Origin: Octopus vulgaris
Taxonomy: Eukaryota
Direction: 5' to 3'
NCBI GenBank assembly: GCA_951406725.2
Contig: OX597834.1
Span: 21,948,001 to 22,012,000 of the forward strand
Length of the DNA: 64,000 nt
The notes under the pieces were generated by a model, which saw nothing but the letters and a program-made list of their open reading frames with translations, ran no database searches and had not been told where the DNA came from. Position numbers and translations under genes: made by a program. Shown piece after piece: positions 26,791 through 39,487 of this stretch (positions within the stretch are counted from its first letter, which is position 1; each line of letters starts with the position of its first letter).

Positions 26791-27719
26791 GAAGAGGGGT
26801 GAGGTGGGGTTTGATTTCAGAAGCAGTAGTAGAGTGATGAGGTGGGTGGAGTAGGAGTGCTAAAATGTAGAAAGGGGTGTTGAAGGAGGCTGGTGGAGGA
26901 GTGGAGAAGTCGTCTCTTAATTTAGAGAAAACATCCAAAGAAAAAAAACAAACGGACAAAACAAAGACATCGAAAATCTAGAATTGTGTTAATAAATAAC
27001 AACAGCCATAATAACAACACAAGTAATAATGATGATGAGGAGGATGATGATGATGGTGATAATAATGATGATGAGGATGATAATTTTCAGTTGCCACAAG
27101 AACAACATAAAGAAAAAGAAAAACAAAAACAAAACCTTTGAGTGAAATAATAGTTTGTGTAAATCTATTGTTCTTGCTATCACAAAGCAAGGAAAATTAA
27201 AAATGATGATGATGGTGTGGGAGGAGGATGAGGATGAGGAAGGGGGAATGGATGGCAGCAGTGATGGTGGTGGTGGTGATGGTGGTGTGGTGGTGGTGGG
27301 AGTGTGATTGTTGATAAACTTTCATGTTGTGGTTGTGGTGGTGGTGGTGGTGATGATGACGACGACAGGGTAATGCTGGTTGCAGTGATGGGAATAATGA
27401 TGATGATGATGATGATGATGTTCAAGATGAGACTGGTAACATTAATGATAAACAACTACATACGTGTGTGTGTGTGTGTGTTTGTGTAAAATTTCAAAAA
27501 AATTTTTTAATCCAAGACAAGGAACACATAGAAAACTTACTCACAAACCCTGGTCATGCTCTTCCTCAATTGTCCAAAAATCATTACAATTTCATGCCTT
27601 TAATGAGGATATTGTTCATTTTTTTGTTGTGTGGTGTCAACAACGAATAGCTGCAGGGAATACATGCACGGAAGACAGACATTAAGTGATGATGATGATA
27701 TTTATCGTCATCATCATTG

Positions 27720-27905
27720 TCATCGTTTAACACCACTTTCCATGTTGGCATGGGTTGGAGGGTTTGACTGCGGTCTGGTGAGCCAGAGGCTGCACCAGGC
27801 TCAATGTGATCTGGCAAAGTTTCTACAGTTAGATGCCCTTCCTAATGCCAACCACTCTGAGAGTGTGCAGGGTGCTTTAACGTGCCACCGGCATGAGGGC
27901 CAGTC
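27720..27905 (-). mobile_element. RTE-like retroposon 3' end with (GAT)n tail
   Basis: CATCGTTTAACACCACTTTCCATGTTGGCATGGGTTGG...GATGCCCTTCCTAATGCCAACC; relatives at 34850-35120, 36370-36690 and 60800-61008. Confidence 0.65.
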
Positions 27906-28578
27906 AAGCAGTTCATAATAGAAAATAGTCTAAAATTAGGGCATGTAAGCCCCGTAACAAAAAGGGCATTATTAATGCCCCCTTTTTTTTCCATTCCAGG
28001 GGTTTATATATCCTAATATTAGACCATTTTCTATTGTCAATAGACAGTGAAGATGCATAATTCATCATCATCATCATCATTTAAAATCCATTTTCCATGC
28101 TGACATGAGTTGCATGGTTTGACAGGAGCCAACCAGCTGAAGAGGAGAATATTCCTTAAAACCTTATAACAGAAAGGCTCAGAATTCCAGTACTCCGAGC
28201 TACATATTTCTAATCAGTCTGCTGACCTTGAAAGCAAGAATTACATTGAAATAATTGTTGTCTGTTAAGTGGCAATTATTCTGACACTTTACATTTTGAG
28301 ATCAAATGTCCTTGTATCTATTTTAGGAAAAAGTATTGTTACTGTAATTATTTGTAAAATGGTGAGATGGAAGAACGGTTAGCACACCATGCAAAATACT
28401 TAATGGGCATTTTGTCCATCTTTACATTCTGAGTTCAAATGCCACGGAGGCTGGCTTTGTCTTTTCATCTTTCCATGGTCGATAAAATACCAGCACTAGA
28501 ATTGGTGTATTCAACTTGCCCCACTTCCAAAATTTCAGTGCCTACATTAGAAAGATTTCTCCTCGTCCTCCTTCTTCA

Positions 28579-28639
<61 letters not shown>

Positions 28640-28870
28640 AAGGTGGCAAACTGGCAGAATCGTTAGCAAGCCGGGCAAAATGCTTAGCGGTATTTCGTCT
28701 GCCTTTATATTCTGAGTTCAAATTCTGCCAAGGTCGACTTCGCCTTTCATTCTTTCAGGGATGGGGGGGGTGGCCTATGAAATAAGTATCAGTTATGAAC
28801 TGGGGTCGATGTAATCAACTAGCCTCCTTCCCCCAAAATTGCAGGCCTTGCACCGTTAGTAGAAAGGATT
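28640..28870 (+). mobile_element. SINE family C, full length, inside (TTA)n
   Basis: GGTGGCAAACTGGCAGAATCGTTAGC head, GAGTTCAAATTC B box, GGTCGACTT.GCCTTTCAT domain, AGAAAGGATTATT tail. Confidence 0.85.
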
Positions 28871-29279
28871 ATTTTTATTATTTTATTATCCCTATGTGTT
28901 TTGTATTCAGCCCTTGTGACCAATAAAGAAAACATTATTATTATAATTAATATCAATAGTAGTAGTAGTAGTAGTAGTAGTATTTTTATTGTGTACTTTC
29001 ACTTTCACAACTGAATACAGCTCTGTGTATCCCTTGGCTACATGCCAATATTTGCCTTTCTTTATTTTTGTTTTTGAGGCCTTCCTTTTCTATCAAGCAA
29101 TCTGCTACATATGTAACAAACATGCTTTACCTTGCCGTACCATTATTTCTGTATGTGTGTCGCTGTTGTTGTTGTTGTTGTTGTTGTTATGTATATCTGT
29201 GGCAAATCCTGGCATTTGTGTTACATATTCAATCACGCATCAGAAGCCACCGCCATCATGGTCACCATTATCATCATCA

Positions 29280-29341
<62 letters not shown>

Positions 29342-29453
29342 TTTATTATTTTTATTATTATTATTATTATTTTTATTATTATTATTATTTTTATTTTTAT
29401 TTTTATTATTTTTATTATTTTTATTATTATTATTTTTATTATTATTATTATTA

Positions 29454-29490
<37 letters not shown>

Positions 29491-29520
29491 CATTATTTTT
29501 ATTATTATTATTATTATTAT
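29280..29520. repeat. (TAT)n/(TTTATT)n microsatellite
   Basis: Direct reading. Confidence 0.95.
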
Positions 29521-29643
29521 GTAAAATGCAACATCAACTGATATGATGACGACAAAGGTGTGGTGGTGGTAGTGGTGGTGGTGGTGGTGGTTCCACAGCA
29601 GCAATGAATATGCAGGTGGCAATAGCAATAGAGCAAAAAATAT

Positions 29644-29676
<33 letters not shown>

Positions 29677-30129
29677 TATATGAAACAGAATATAAAATAA
29701 AGAAAAGTAATAAAACAGTATAGAACTAGTAATTAAAAAAAAAAAATCACAAAGAAAACCCAAAAATAATCCACGAAAAAAGAAATCAGGTTTTATCGAT
29801 TACCAAACCAACTACTTTCTACGTAACATGGCGGACAGCATGAAGCAAATGAGGAAGAAGCTTTCGGTTTCTCCTGTTTATTAGTCATTTTGTGATTATT
29901 TGCCACCATACTGTTTATTGATCTTTGGCTGTTCAATAGCTTTTACTTCTCCGTTTCCAAACCGAGTGAATTGATTAATTAGTTGAAGACCAACCATCGG
30001 AGCGAAAATATTTATTTATTTCACTTTGGTCAAGAATTTCAGGATTTTTTTTTTTTTGGTGTCTTTTGGGGTTTTTTTTTTTTTTGTCTTATTTACTATC
30101 TTCTGAATTTATTTTTTTTATCTTATATT

Positions 30130-30465
30130 TTTAACTTGTTTCAGTCTTTAAAATTTTCAATTAAAGGGATCAGCCTTATTTTGTTTATAAGCCTGGTACT
30201 TATTCTATTAGTTTATTTTGCTGAACCACTAAGTTACAGGGGCATAAACACACCAACACCAATTGCCATATAGTGGTAGGGAACAAACACTGACATACAT
30301 ACATACATACAATGGGCTTCTTTCAGTTTCTGTGAACCAAACCCACTGACAAGGTTTTGTCGGCCCAAGGCTAATGTAGAAAATGCTAACCCAAGATGCC
30401 ATGCAGTGGGATTGAACCTGGAACTATGTGGTTGAGAAGCAAAAATCTTACTATACAGTCACACT
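30130..30465 (-). mobile_element. Diverged SINE family A
   Basis: GGGCTTCTTTCAGTTTC, CCCAAGATGCCATGCAGTGGGATTGAACC. Confidence 0.7.
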
Positions 30466-30505
30466 TGCATCTGTTTGTCTTCTTCAAAGAATGTTTACAG
30501 TTTTG

Positions 30506-30919
30506 GGATCTTTTCGGTTTGAACGGCAGTTTTTTCTAGCGGTGTCATATGAAATTGTCACCCATAATTATGACCCTAGGATCGATCTATTGCATTTCAA
30601 TCTTTTTTAGGGTTAGGGGTGGGGGGAAGGGTATCTTTTTTTCTTCACAAATATAAATAAACCCAATCTGTTTCTTAAACGAGGGACATATTCATACGAA
30701 ACAGAATGTGTTTTTTTACCTCAATAGACGTATTTGATTGGTTGAAATTGCAGAAATTGAAGAAGAGAAAACAACAAATATCTTACAAACTATAGAATTT
30801 TCTCAATAAAGCCAAGAGAAAAGATGTTTTATAAACACATTCTACCAGTATACGAAGTTCAAAATTTTTTAGTTACCTAGAAATTATGTTAAAAACTACC
30901 GTTCAAACCGAAAAGATCC
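30506..30919. mobile_element. MITE with 29-bp TIRs and an 8-bp TSD (Merlin/IS1016-like)
   Basis: TIR GGATCTTTTCGGTTTGAACGG(C/T)AGTTTTT with one mismatch; CAGTTTTG at 30498-30505 and 30920-30927. Confidence 0.85.
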
Positions 30920-31489
30920 CAGTTTTGAAAATAGAAACCTTCTCGTACCAAAGTAAATGTTATACCACAACTAGACTTTAACGAACTTTTAAAATAAACA
31001 AGATAGTGAAAAAGTCATTCATCGCTATCAGCTGTGCCATCTGCTAGTTTAAATTGTTTGTCTTTGATAAGTGTTTACAGATTTGGTGATAGAAATTAAG
31101 CACCACAGCAAATACAACACCAGAAATATTTAGAGTAAACACTTGTGTGTTGTAAGCGCCAGTGTACTTATTCCGTCTCCAAACGCAAGAGTTGATGTCT
31201 CATCATGCAGTGAAGCAGCTCTGTAGAATGTTTTGGCCCCTTCCACCATGTTGCCAGAGCTCCCCAGGGCCACCTGCCAATATAGATAACAAAACTCCCA
31301 CGCGACACCACGAGCTTTGTTGAGTCAGATTTTGTAACTCTGGGCCTGATGTTTCTACCATCCTCACTGCTTGCTCATGCTGCACCACTCTTCCTCTCGC
31401 TTGTGCTACATGTAATAGCTTGCTTCCTTGGCAGCTTCTGGCAATTTTCTATACTTTAACAAAACTTTTAAATAAATGAAACAGTGAGT

Positions 31490-32070
31490 AAGGATGAAAG
31501 GCAGAGCCATCATTGGCAGATTTTAAGCTCCAAATGGGAAAAGGGACAAAGCACCCCTAAGCATCTTTTCTTACCTTCTAACAATTCTACCAGCTTGCTA
31601 CTTTAATAATAATAATAATAATAATAATAATTTTTTCTACTCTAGGCACAAGGCCCTAAATTTGGGAGCAGGGGGCAATCGATTAGGTCGACCCCAGTAC
31701 GCAACTGGTACTTAACTTATTGACCCCGGAAGGATGAAAGGCAAAGTCAACTTTGGTGGAATTTGAACTCAGAATGTAAAGACAGACAAAATACTGCTAA
31801 GCATTTCACCCAGCATGCTAATGTTTCTGCCAGCTCACCACCTCATAATAATAATAATAATAGTAACCCTTTCAGATTTTAGCACAAGGTGAAGTTTGAG
31901 AGTAAGGGACTAGTTGATTACATCAATATTAGCGCTTGACTGTACTTGATTTCCTTGACCCCAAAAACAAGAAAGGTTAAGTTAACCTCAGGATGATTTG
32001 AACTCAGAACACAAAAATCTTAAAGAAATACTACAAAGCCTTTTGTCTAACACTCTAACAATTCTATAAT
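31490..32070 (-). mobile_element. Three head-to-tail SINE family C copies of different ages, spaced by (AAT)n
   Basis: GGATGAAAGGCA...GAACTCAGAA...CTAAGCATTT motif series recurs three times. Confidence 0.8.
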
Positions 32071-32301
32071 GCCATTAACGACATGAATAATGAGGATAGG
32101 TAATTAATTCTGACATGAATACATATAGATAATTAATATTATATGCTGTAATTCATGTTGATATTATAAATGTGGAAACAATTTTTTATTTCTTCTCCAT
32201 ATTGCACTTCTTTTATTTCTATAAATGCATGCAACATTCCATTCTGATCTGTGTGATGAGAGGAGGGCATGGGGAGAGGGACCAGGTAGTTATGTCACCT
32301 T

Positions 32302-32332
<31 letters not shown>

Positions 32333-32398
32333 CATACATATGTATGTGGGTGTGAGTACATACAGACACACACTCATATCTATATATACACAAAACAC

Positions 32399-32459
<61 letters not shown>

Positions 32460-32556
32460 CTCATATATTATGCACATATATATTTATACATGCACACACG
32501 TATATACATCTACTCATATATATGTATATATTTATGTGTGTATGTATATATATATA

Positions 32557-32587
<31 letters not shown>

Positions 32588-33267
32588 TCATGTATATATG
32601 CATACATATTCACATATACATATACTCGTATAAGTGTGTGTGTGTGTGTGTGCATATAGATGCTTTTATGATATGTCACAACCATACTTGACACGTGTCA
32701 CATAAGGAAAACATACATTCTTATTGTCTCTGAACAAAATGGCATCAAAGCAAAAAAAAAAAAAAAGATATATATATTTATAAATTAAAATTAAAATAAT
32801 CAGTTAATTAAAATCTAAAAGTATTTCAGATTCAGATGGGGGTGGGGGTTATCATTTTTAATTACTTTTCTGAAATTAGCTTTGATTTTTTTTTTTATCT
32901 AACTTTGACCAATACTGGGAAGTGCTTTCCTGAAAATACTAAAAAAAAAAAAATCATATTCTTTCTTGTTGCTATGGATGTGTTCAGGTGTATTTATACA
33001 AATATAATAAAGATATTCATTTGCTTTGCATTCAGAAACAAGAGAGAAAAGAAATTCTTCTTTACTTTAGTGAATGATGAATGTTTTGTGTTGTCTCCTC
33101 GTCAGATCTTCTTAACACTTTGATGAATACCAGGCAACATTATTCACATTTATCTGATTTTATATATGTATATATATAAATATATATATATATATGTGTA
33201 ATGTATATATCTATATATATATATGTATATGTATATATGTGTATATGTATATATATATATATATATA

Positions 33268-33435
33268 ATAAAATATTATTAGAGACAAAACCACTATTTT
33301 GCAAAACAAACAAGGAAAGACTTAATCAATACATAAAATTTTAATAATTGACTATTTATTAAAATTTTATGTATTGATTAAGTCTTTCCTTGTTTGTTTT
33401 GCAAAATAGTGGTTTTGTCTCTAATAATATTTTAT
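33268..33435. repeat. Perfect inverted repeat with 80-bp arms and an 8-nt loop
   Basis: 33268-33347 is the exact reverse complement of 33356-33435; loop TTGACTAT. Confidence 0.95.
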
Positions 33436-33517
33436 AATATTTTACTATAAAATTGGATTTAATCCTAAATCTGATTTTTTCCCTGTAAATTTGGATTTAT
33501 TCCCTAATATTTATTAT

Positions 33518-33559
<42 letters not shown>

Positions 33560-33584
33560 GTATATATGTGTATATGTATATATG

Positions 33585-33615
<31 letters not shown>

Positions 33616-33624
33616 GTATATATG

Positions 33625-33655
<31 letters not shown>

Positions 33656-33668
33656 GTGTATATATGTA

Positions 33669-33703
<35 letters not shown>

Positions 33704-34300
33704 GCAGGGCAGCTACATCGAACTCTCTCATGCACCAAATGGCAGTTGCTAAAAAGCATTTGTGAGGTAAAATCATGTAGCAAACCAAATGGCGGTGCCC
33801 CAGCATGGCCACAGCTCATGAGTTGAAACTGGAAAAATCAAAATCAAATAGATAGATAGATAGATATATTATGTGTGTATGTAGTAGAATTAGAAATAGA
33901 AAGTCCCTGGCACAGTATACAGTATTATGTCTTTGAGAAAATGATTGGGTATGGCTTTTGTAATTTATAAACATCTAATTATTAAATTGGTAAAGTTATC
34001 AGAAAAGCCATTCCTATTCATTGCGTCATTTATATGTGTGTGTGTGTGTGTGAGAGAGAGTGAGAGAGAGAGAGTGAGAGAATGATAGACAGGAAAATAT
34101 ATCTACCAATTTGATTATCTAATATAAAATGTATAATAAATATATCATCATCATCATCATCGTCGTTTAACGTCCGTTCTCCATGCTAGCATGGGTTATA
34201 TATATATATATATTGAATAAATAGATGTACATAGGGTGAATATATATGTGTATGGATATACATATATCTATAAGATGTACATACATACATATATATATAT

Positions 34301-34367
<67 letters not shown>

Positions 34368-34529
34368 ATTTTTATAAAATTTATGAATAAATGAAAGATT
34401 GGAGTTGAACGACAAATTAACAAATTTCCTTTATTTTCGACATATGTTTCGAAGGCTGTTAAACGAATTATCCATAAAAAGATATTTCATTTTTCTACTC
34501 AAATATATATATATGTATGTATGTATATA

Positions 34530-34579
<50 letters not shown>

Positions 34580-34584
<5 letters not shown>

Positions 34585-34850
34585 GGTTATTTAAAAAGAA
34601 TGAACCAATTTCGTTACGCAATATTTTAATCAGGAAAACCAATAGAAAATTCCAGCTAAGTCACAAATATTTACTCACAATCAACTTTTATATCTGGTCT
34701 TACAAGTGTTCAATGTGGCCACCACCTGCAGCATGGGCAACATCAATGTGATAAGAAAATTCCTCCTAAACGCTCTTTGTGCTTGGCCTGCGAGATCCCC
34801 AGACCTCACCTTGTGTAATTTTTTTTCCTTGTGGGAATATGTAATAGATT
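34580..34850. mobile_element. Rearranged Tc1/mariner-superfamily remnant
   Basis: End TA-CAGGGT; minus strand EEFSYHIDVAHAAGGGHIEHL* (transposase C-terminus); plus strand WPARSPDLTLCNFFSLWEYV (WPPRSPDL motif). Confidence 0.8.
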
Positions 34851-35120
34851 GCCTCGCCTGGCCCCCGTGCTGGTGGCACGTAAAAAGCACCATCCGATCG
34901 TGGCCGTTTGTCAGCTTCCTCTGGCACCTGTGCTGGTGGCACATAAAAAGCACCCACTACACTCATAGAGTGGTTGGCATTTGGAAAGGCACCCAGCTGT
35001 AGAAACATTGCCAGATCAGACTGGGCCTGGTGCAGCCTTCTGGCTTCCCAGACCCCAGTTGAACCGTCCAACCCATGCTAGCATGGAAAGCGGACGCTAA
35101 ATGATGATGATGATGATGAT
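34850..35120 (+). mobile_element. RTE-like retroposon 3' end with (GAT)n tail
   Basis: GTGCTGGTGGCACGTAAAAAGCACC duplicated unit; CCCATGCTAGCATGGAAAGCGGACG-AAATGATGATGAT tail. Confidence 0.7.
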
Positions 35121-36369
35121 GGTTTGAACAGTTCCAGAATTTGCTCAAATTTTATTTCCATTCCAAGTTTGTTGGAAATATGTGACAAATTTTAATGACA
35201 AAAAGAACCATTTCAAAATGGTGCCATTTTTTGACTGGCGTCTCTTTGCCATTTTTTCCTCCACTTTTTTTTTTTTTTTTTGTCACCATTTTTTCACAAA
35301 TATTTCTTGAAATACCTTTCAGGCATGTTTCCATCTGTTGATCTGCTATAAAATCCTTAGTTGCTGTTTTAAACAGTTTTAATCAATAATACCTCGACAG
35401 CTGTTGAATACAAAAAAAAAAGAAATTTTTTTCTCTGCTGTTTCAAATTCCACAAGTGCAAATTTTATATATAGTTTTATTTATTTTATTTTCTAGTAAT
35501 TTTTTAAAAATTTATTTCGAAAATAAGTGTGTGGGGGTAGGGAGAAAGAATGAAAAAAAATACATGTCTTCTTTTACATTGATTTCTTCTAATTTCCAAT
35601 GTGTGAAGTTAAAAATTAGCTTTATTCTACTTTTTACTCAATCAAATTACAATTTAGAACTAACGAACAGTAACGAACACCATAAATAACATGTAACTCA
35701 GTTTCATTCTATTTTCAATTTTATTTTTGTTTTGTAATTTCATTTCATATATTGTTAAATGTTTTCAGTTAACTTAAAGAAAAATATTATTAATTATATT
35801 ACTGGGTTTATTATATTTTTAATGATTGCTAGAAAAGAAAAATTATTCTTACCAGAAATGTGGCTCTGTCATTTAGAAATCAGAGAAGGAAAATAAGAAA
35901 CAAAATTCTTTGACTTCTGAAAAATTTATTTTTAATGATTAAATTCCTACATTTACAATTTTTAGTTTAACTTTTTGTTTTTTATGTTTTCATTTTTTTT
36001 TTTACTTTGGAGACAAAGAATTCTCTTTTTGTTCTTCGTATATTTCTAAGTATGTAACACATTCGGAAGAATTTGCGGGAATCGTTTTTATGATTGTGTA
36101 AGCAAAATGAACCATTTTAGTAGTCTTTAATGAGGTAACAGCAGCCAGAATAGCAATAACAGTGGTTTCAAATTTTGGCACAGGACCAGCAATTTTGCGG
36201 GGAGGAGTAAGCTGATTACATCGACCCCACTGTTCAACTGGTTTTTATTTTATTGACCCCTTAAGGAGGAAAGGCAAAGCCGACCTCAACAGAACTTAAA
36301 GACAGACAAAATGCTACTAAGCAACTTGCCTGGTGCACACAAACACACACACACACAAGTATCATCATC

Positions 36370-36690
36370 ATTGTTGTCGTTTAACATATGCTTTCCATGC
36401 TGGCATGGGTTGGATGGATTGACTGTGGTCTGGAAAGCTAGGAGGCTGTGCCAGGCTTCAATATGATCTAGCAAGGTTTCTACTACTGGATCCCCTTCCT
36501 AATGCCAATCACACCAAGAATGCAGTTGGTGCTTTTTTATGTGCCACTGGCACAAAGGCCAGTCAGGCGGTACTGGCATCAACCATGCTCAAATGGTGCT
36601 TTTTACGTGCCACTGGCACAGGAGCCAGTTAGGCAGCACTGGCAATGACCACACTGAAATGGTGCTCTTTAAGTGCCACTGGCATGAGAC
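36370..36690 (-). mobile_element. RTE-like retroposon 3' end with three internal GTGCCACTGGCAC repeats
   Basis: Reverse complement of the 34850-35120 family. Confidence 0.7.
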
Positions 36691-37818
36691 GATAGGCTTC
36701 TTTCAGTTTCCATCCATAAAATCTACTCACGAGGCTTTGATCGGCCCAATACTATGGTAGAAAACAATTGCCCAAAGTGCTACACAGTGGGATTGAACTT
36801 GGAACCATGTGAATGGGAAACAAACTTCTTACCACACAGCCATGCCTGTTCTTGCATGAAAATGAAATGACAAAGGAATAAATAATTCTCTTATGTACTT
36901 CATTAGCTTACAGCTGTTTCTGCGTTAAGATAAAATAACCATTTATTCCTTGGTCATCTCATTTTCTTATTACTGCTCTGTACTTGGCAAATGCTTTGTT
37001 TGGAAACATATGTATATTGGGTTCTCCACCAGGTTAGTAGTATTGCAATACCTAAGCAAAATATACACACATTATATTTGTGTGTGTGTGTGTGTGCGTG
37101 TATGTTTGCTTAGACATATCTTGTTTTGACATTGTATCTTATTTAGCTCTTCAATAATCATCTTTACATTTTAATTTACCACGTGTCTTAAGTATGCATG
37201 TATATGTTTTGTTTTTCAAGCATATCCCTTGTTATATTTCTATACTTTAAAGAAGCCGCTTCAGTTCTGTTAGAAAGATGAAAAATATTCTATTATTATC
37301 AGCATCGTTTCAAAAATTACAAAAAAATTTCAAAGCAAAAAATGGAGAGAAATGGGGGAAAAAACAAGGGTTTAGTTTCCTTAGATTTTTCTTGTTTTCT
37401 TTTTTTGGTGGGGTGGGGGGGGGGTAGTTTAAAATAATTTCAAGTTTATTTTTCTCTGAGTGGGGGTTGGAAGGAGATGTATTTTCCTAAAGTTTTTTCC
37501 TGAAGCTATTTTTTTATGGTAAAAATAAAAAAAATTATTTGCTCTAAGAAAGATTACAATTGATTATTTAAAGGAGAAAAATTCAAAGTGTTTGTATTTT
37601 GTGTTGGTTTAATCTTGTTGTTGTTGTTGCTATTAGTACTATTGTTGCTGCTGTTATTGTTGTTTCCATTTAAAAAATTTTTGCATAAGGATAAACCAAG
37701 AATTAAAAAGCATGGTTCTCATTTCTTTATAGAAAGAAATGGTAAAAAGGAGAGAATCTTAAGCAAATTTGATACAAGACAAATTTGAAAATTATATTTG
37801 TAGAATGAGATACTTATA

Positions 37819-37857
<39 letters not shown>

Positions 37858-37859
37858 CC

Positions 37860-38017
37860 TTTTTCTATTTTCTCTCCCTGTTTATTTCTGTGTTCCTTTC
37901 TGTCAAAGAGCATAGGCTCGAAACGTAGAAGACTCTCTCACTTCCCAAGTGTTAAACTAATACATCTGTTTATTGTTTACACACCCATCTTCATCTTTTG
38001 GTATTTTTTGTAAATTC

Positions 38018-38020
<3 letters not shown>
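37860..38020 (+). mobile_element. Penelope-like terminal fragment with a minimal hammerhead-like motif
   Basis: CTTT-CTGTCAAA-GAGC-ATAG-GCTC-GAAA-CGTA-GAAG at 37896-37931; flanked by (TA)n. Confidence 0.45.
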
Positions 38021-38057
<37 letters not shown>

Positions 38058-39451
38058 GCCTTTCTACTGAAAGCACAAGGCCTCAAATTTGGGGGAAAGG
38101 ATTAAGTGGATTACATCAATCCCAGTGTTTCGCTGGTGTTTAATTTATCGACCCCGAAAGGATGAAAGGCATAGTCGACTTTGGTGCAATTTGAACTCAG
38201 AACATAACAGCAGACGAAATACTGCTAAGCATTTTGCCCTGCATGCTAATGATTCTCCCAGTTCGCCTTATATATATATATATATATATCTGTAATATAA
38301 TAATTGACAATTATTCAGTTACTATAATAAAACTCTGAGTTTCAAGGTAGAAATCTGTTCCGGCATCTCGTCAGTTATCAAGGTAATCAAAAGTCCTGCA
38401 GTCGATTTGTTTGAGCAAATGTGGTGCTCCAGCATGGCCACAGTCAAATGACTGAAACCAATAAAAGAATATATGTATATTTGAATTTGAATAGCAATTT
38501 CTTTTGTATGGAAGGACAAAAGTAATTCATGTTGATAGTCAAGACTCTTCAAGACATTCCTACATTGATGGTTCCATCTTTCCTTGCTTAACCAACAACA
38601 TGGTAACCCCAGGACTTTATTAACCAATGTGTCCTTCTTTTGTCTAAAACCAGTAGATTGCTTGCTTCAAGGGAGATTTGGCTACTATTTCTAACAAGCT
38701 GCACTACCACATGCTATCTCACTTGTTCACTCACTTGCTGTTGTTGACTAACGCATTGTGGAACAGAGAGTACTGTAAACTGTTCGCTTCCGATAAACGG
38801 GGCCTGCAATTCAGGTCTGAGTTCCTTGTTGCACTTCTTCAGCTCTGCTTCTTATTGAATACCTTTGTAAAAGGCATTAACACCACCACATCAATTATTC
38901 CCTCTGTTTGTGATGTCAGCACCAATTACCATCTGCGGATGGATATTTTTGATTAGAAAATGGTTTTGCCTCATTCTTTATTATTCAGGGAAAATGGGTC
39001 TTGTGTGTGTGTGTGCGCATGTGTCTTTTTGTGTTGCATGTGTATCTGTGCATGCATTTGTATATTTGTATGTTTGTGTGCGTGCGTGTGTACCTGTGTG
39101 TGTGTAGCAGGTAATATACATTATCAAAGACAACACCGTTCTTACTGAAATAGCATCAAGAAGAAACAACGAAGGAACACACACACACACACATGCACAA
39201 AAATAAAAGCAATTTTAATCAACAGCATATTCCCCTGATTCTACGACACAGTGCCATAAAGGAAAAAAAATAATAATTAATCCTCCAAAAATGGTGATTC
39301 CATCACCAAAGTACTGTGTAGAGTTGATTGATTGAATGCCAACCAAAATCCAAAACAAAAAAAAAATGCAAATAACAACAACAACAACAACAAATTCAAA
39401 ATAAAACCAAAGATTTCTGGATCTTATTTATTTTTACTTTTCCACCTTTTT

Positions 39452-39487
<36 letters not shown>

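Noticed and set aside
30607-30619. Telomeric TTAGGG repeats
   Set aside because: Only two units, inside a MITE.
31203-31430. GC-richer 61-aa minus-strand ORF
   Set aside because: No recognisable domain or splice signals; more likely a decayed LINE 3' end, but too weak to call.
38735-38803. Possible 69-bp minus-strand exon ending in a GTGAGT donor
   Set aside because: The acceptor lacks a pyrimidine tract, no frame gives a recognisable peptide, and no partner exons are evident.
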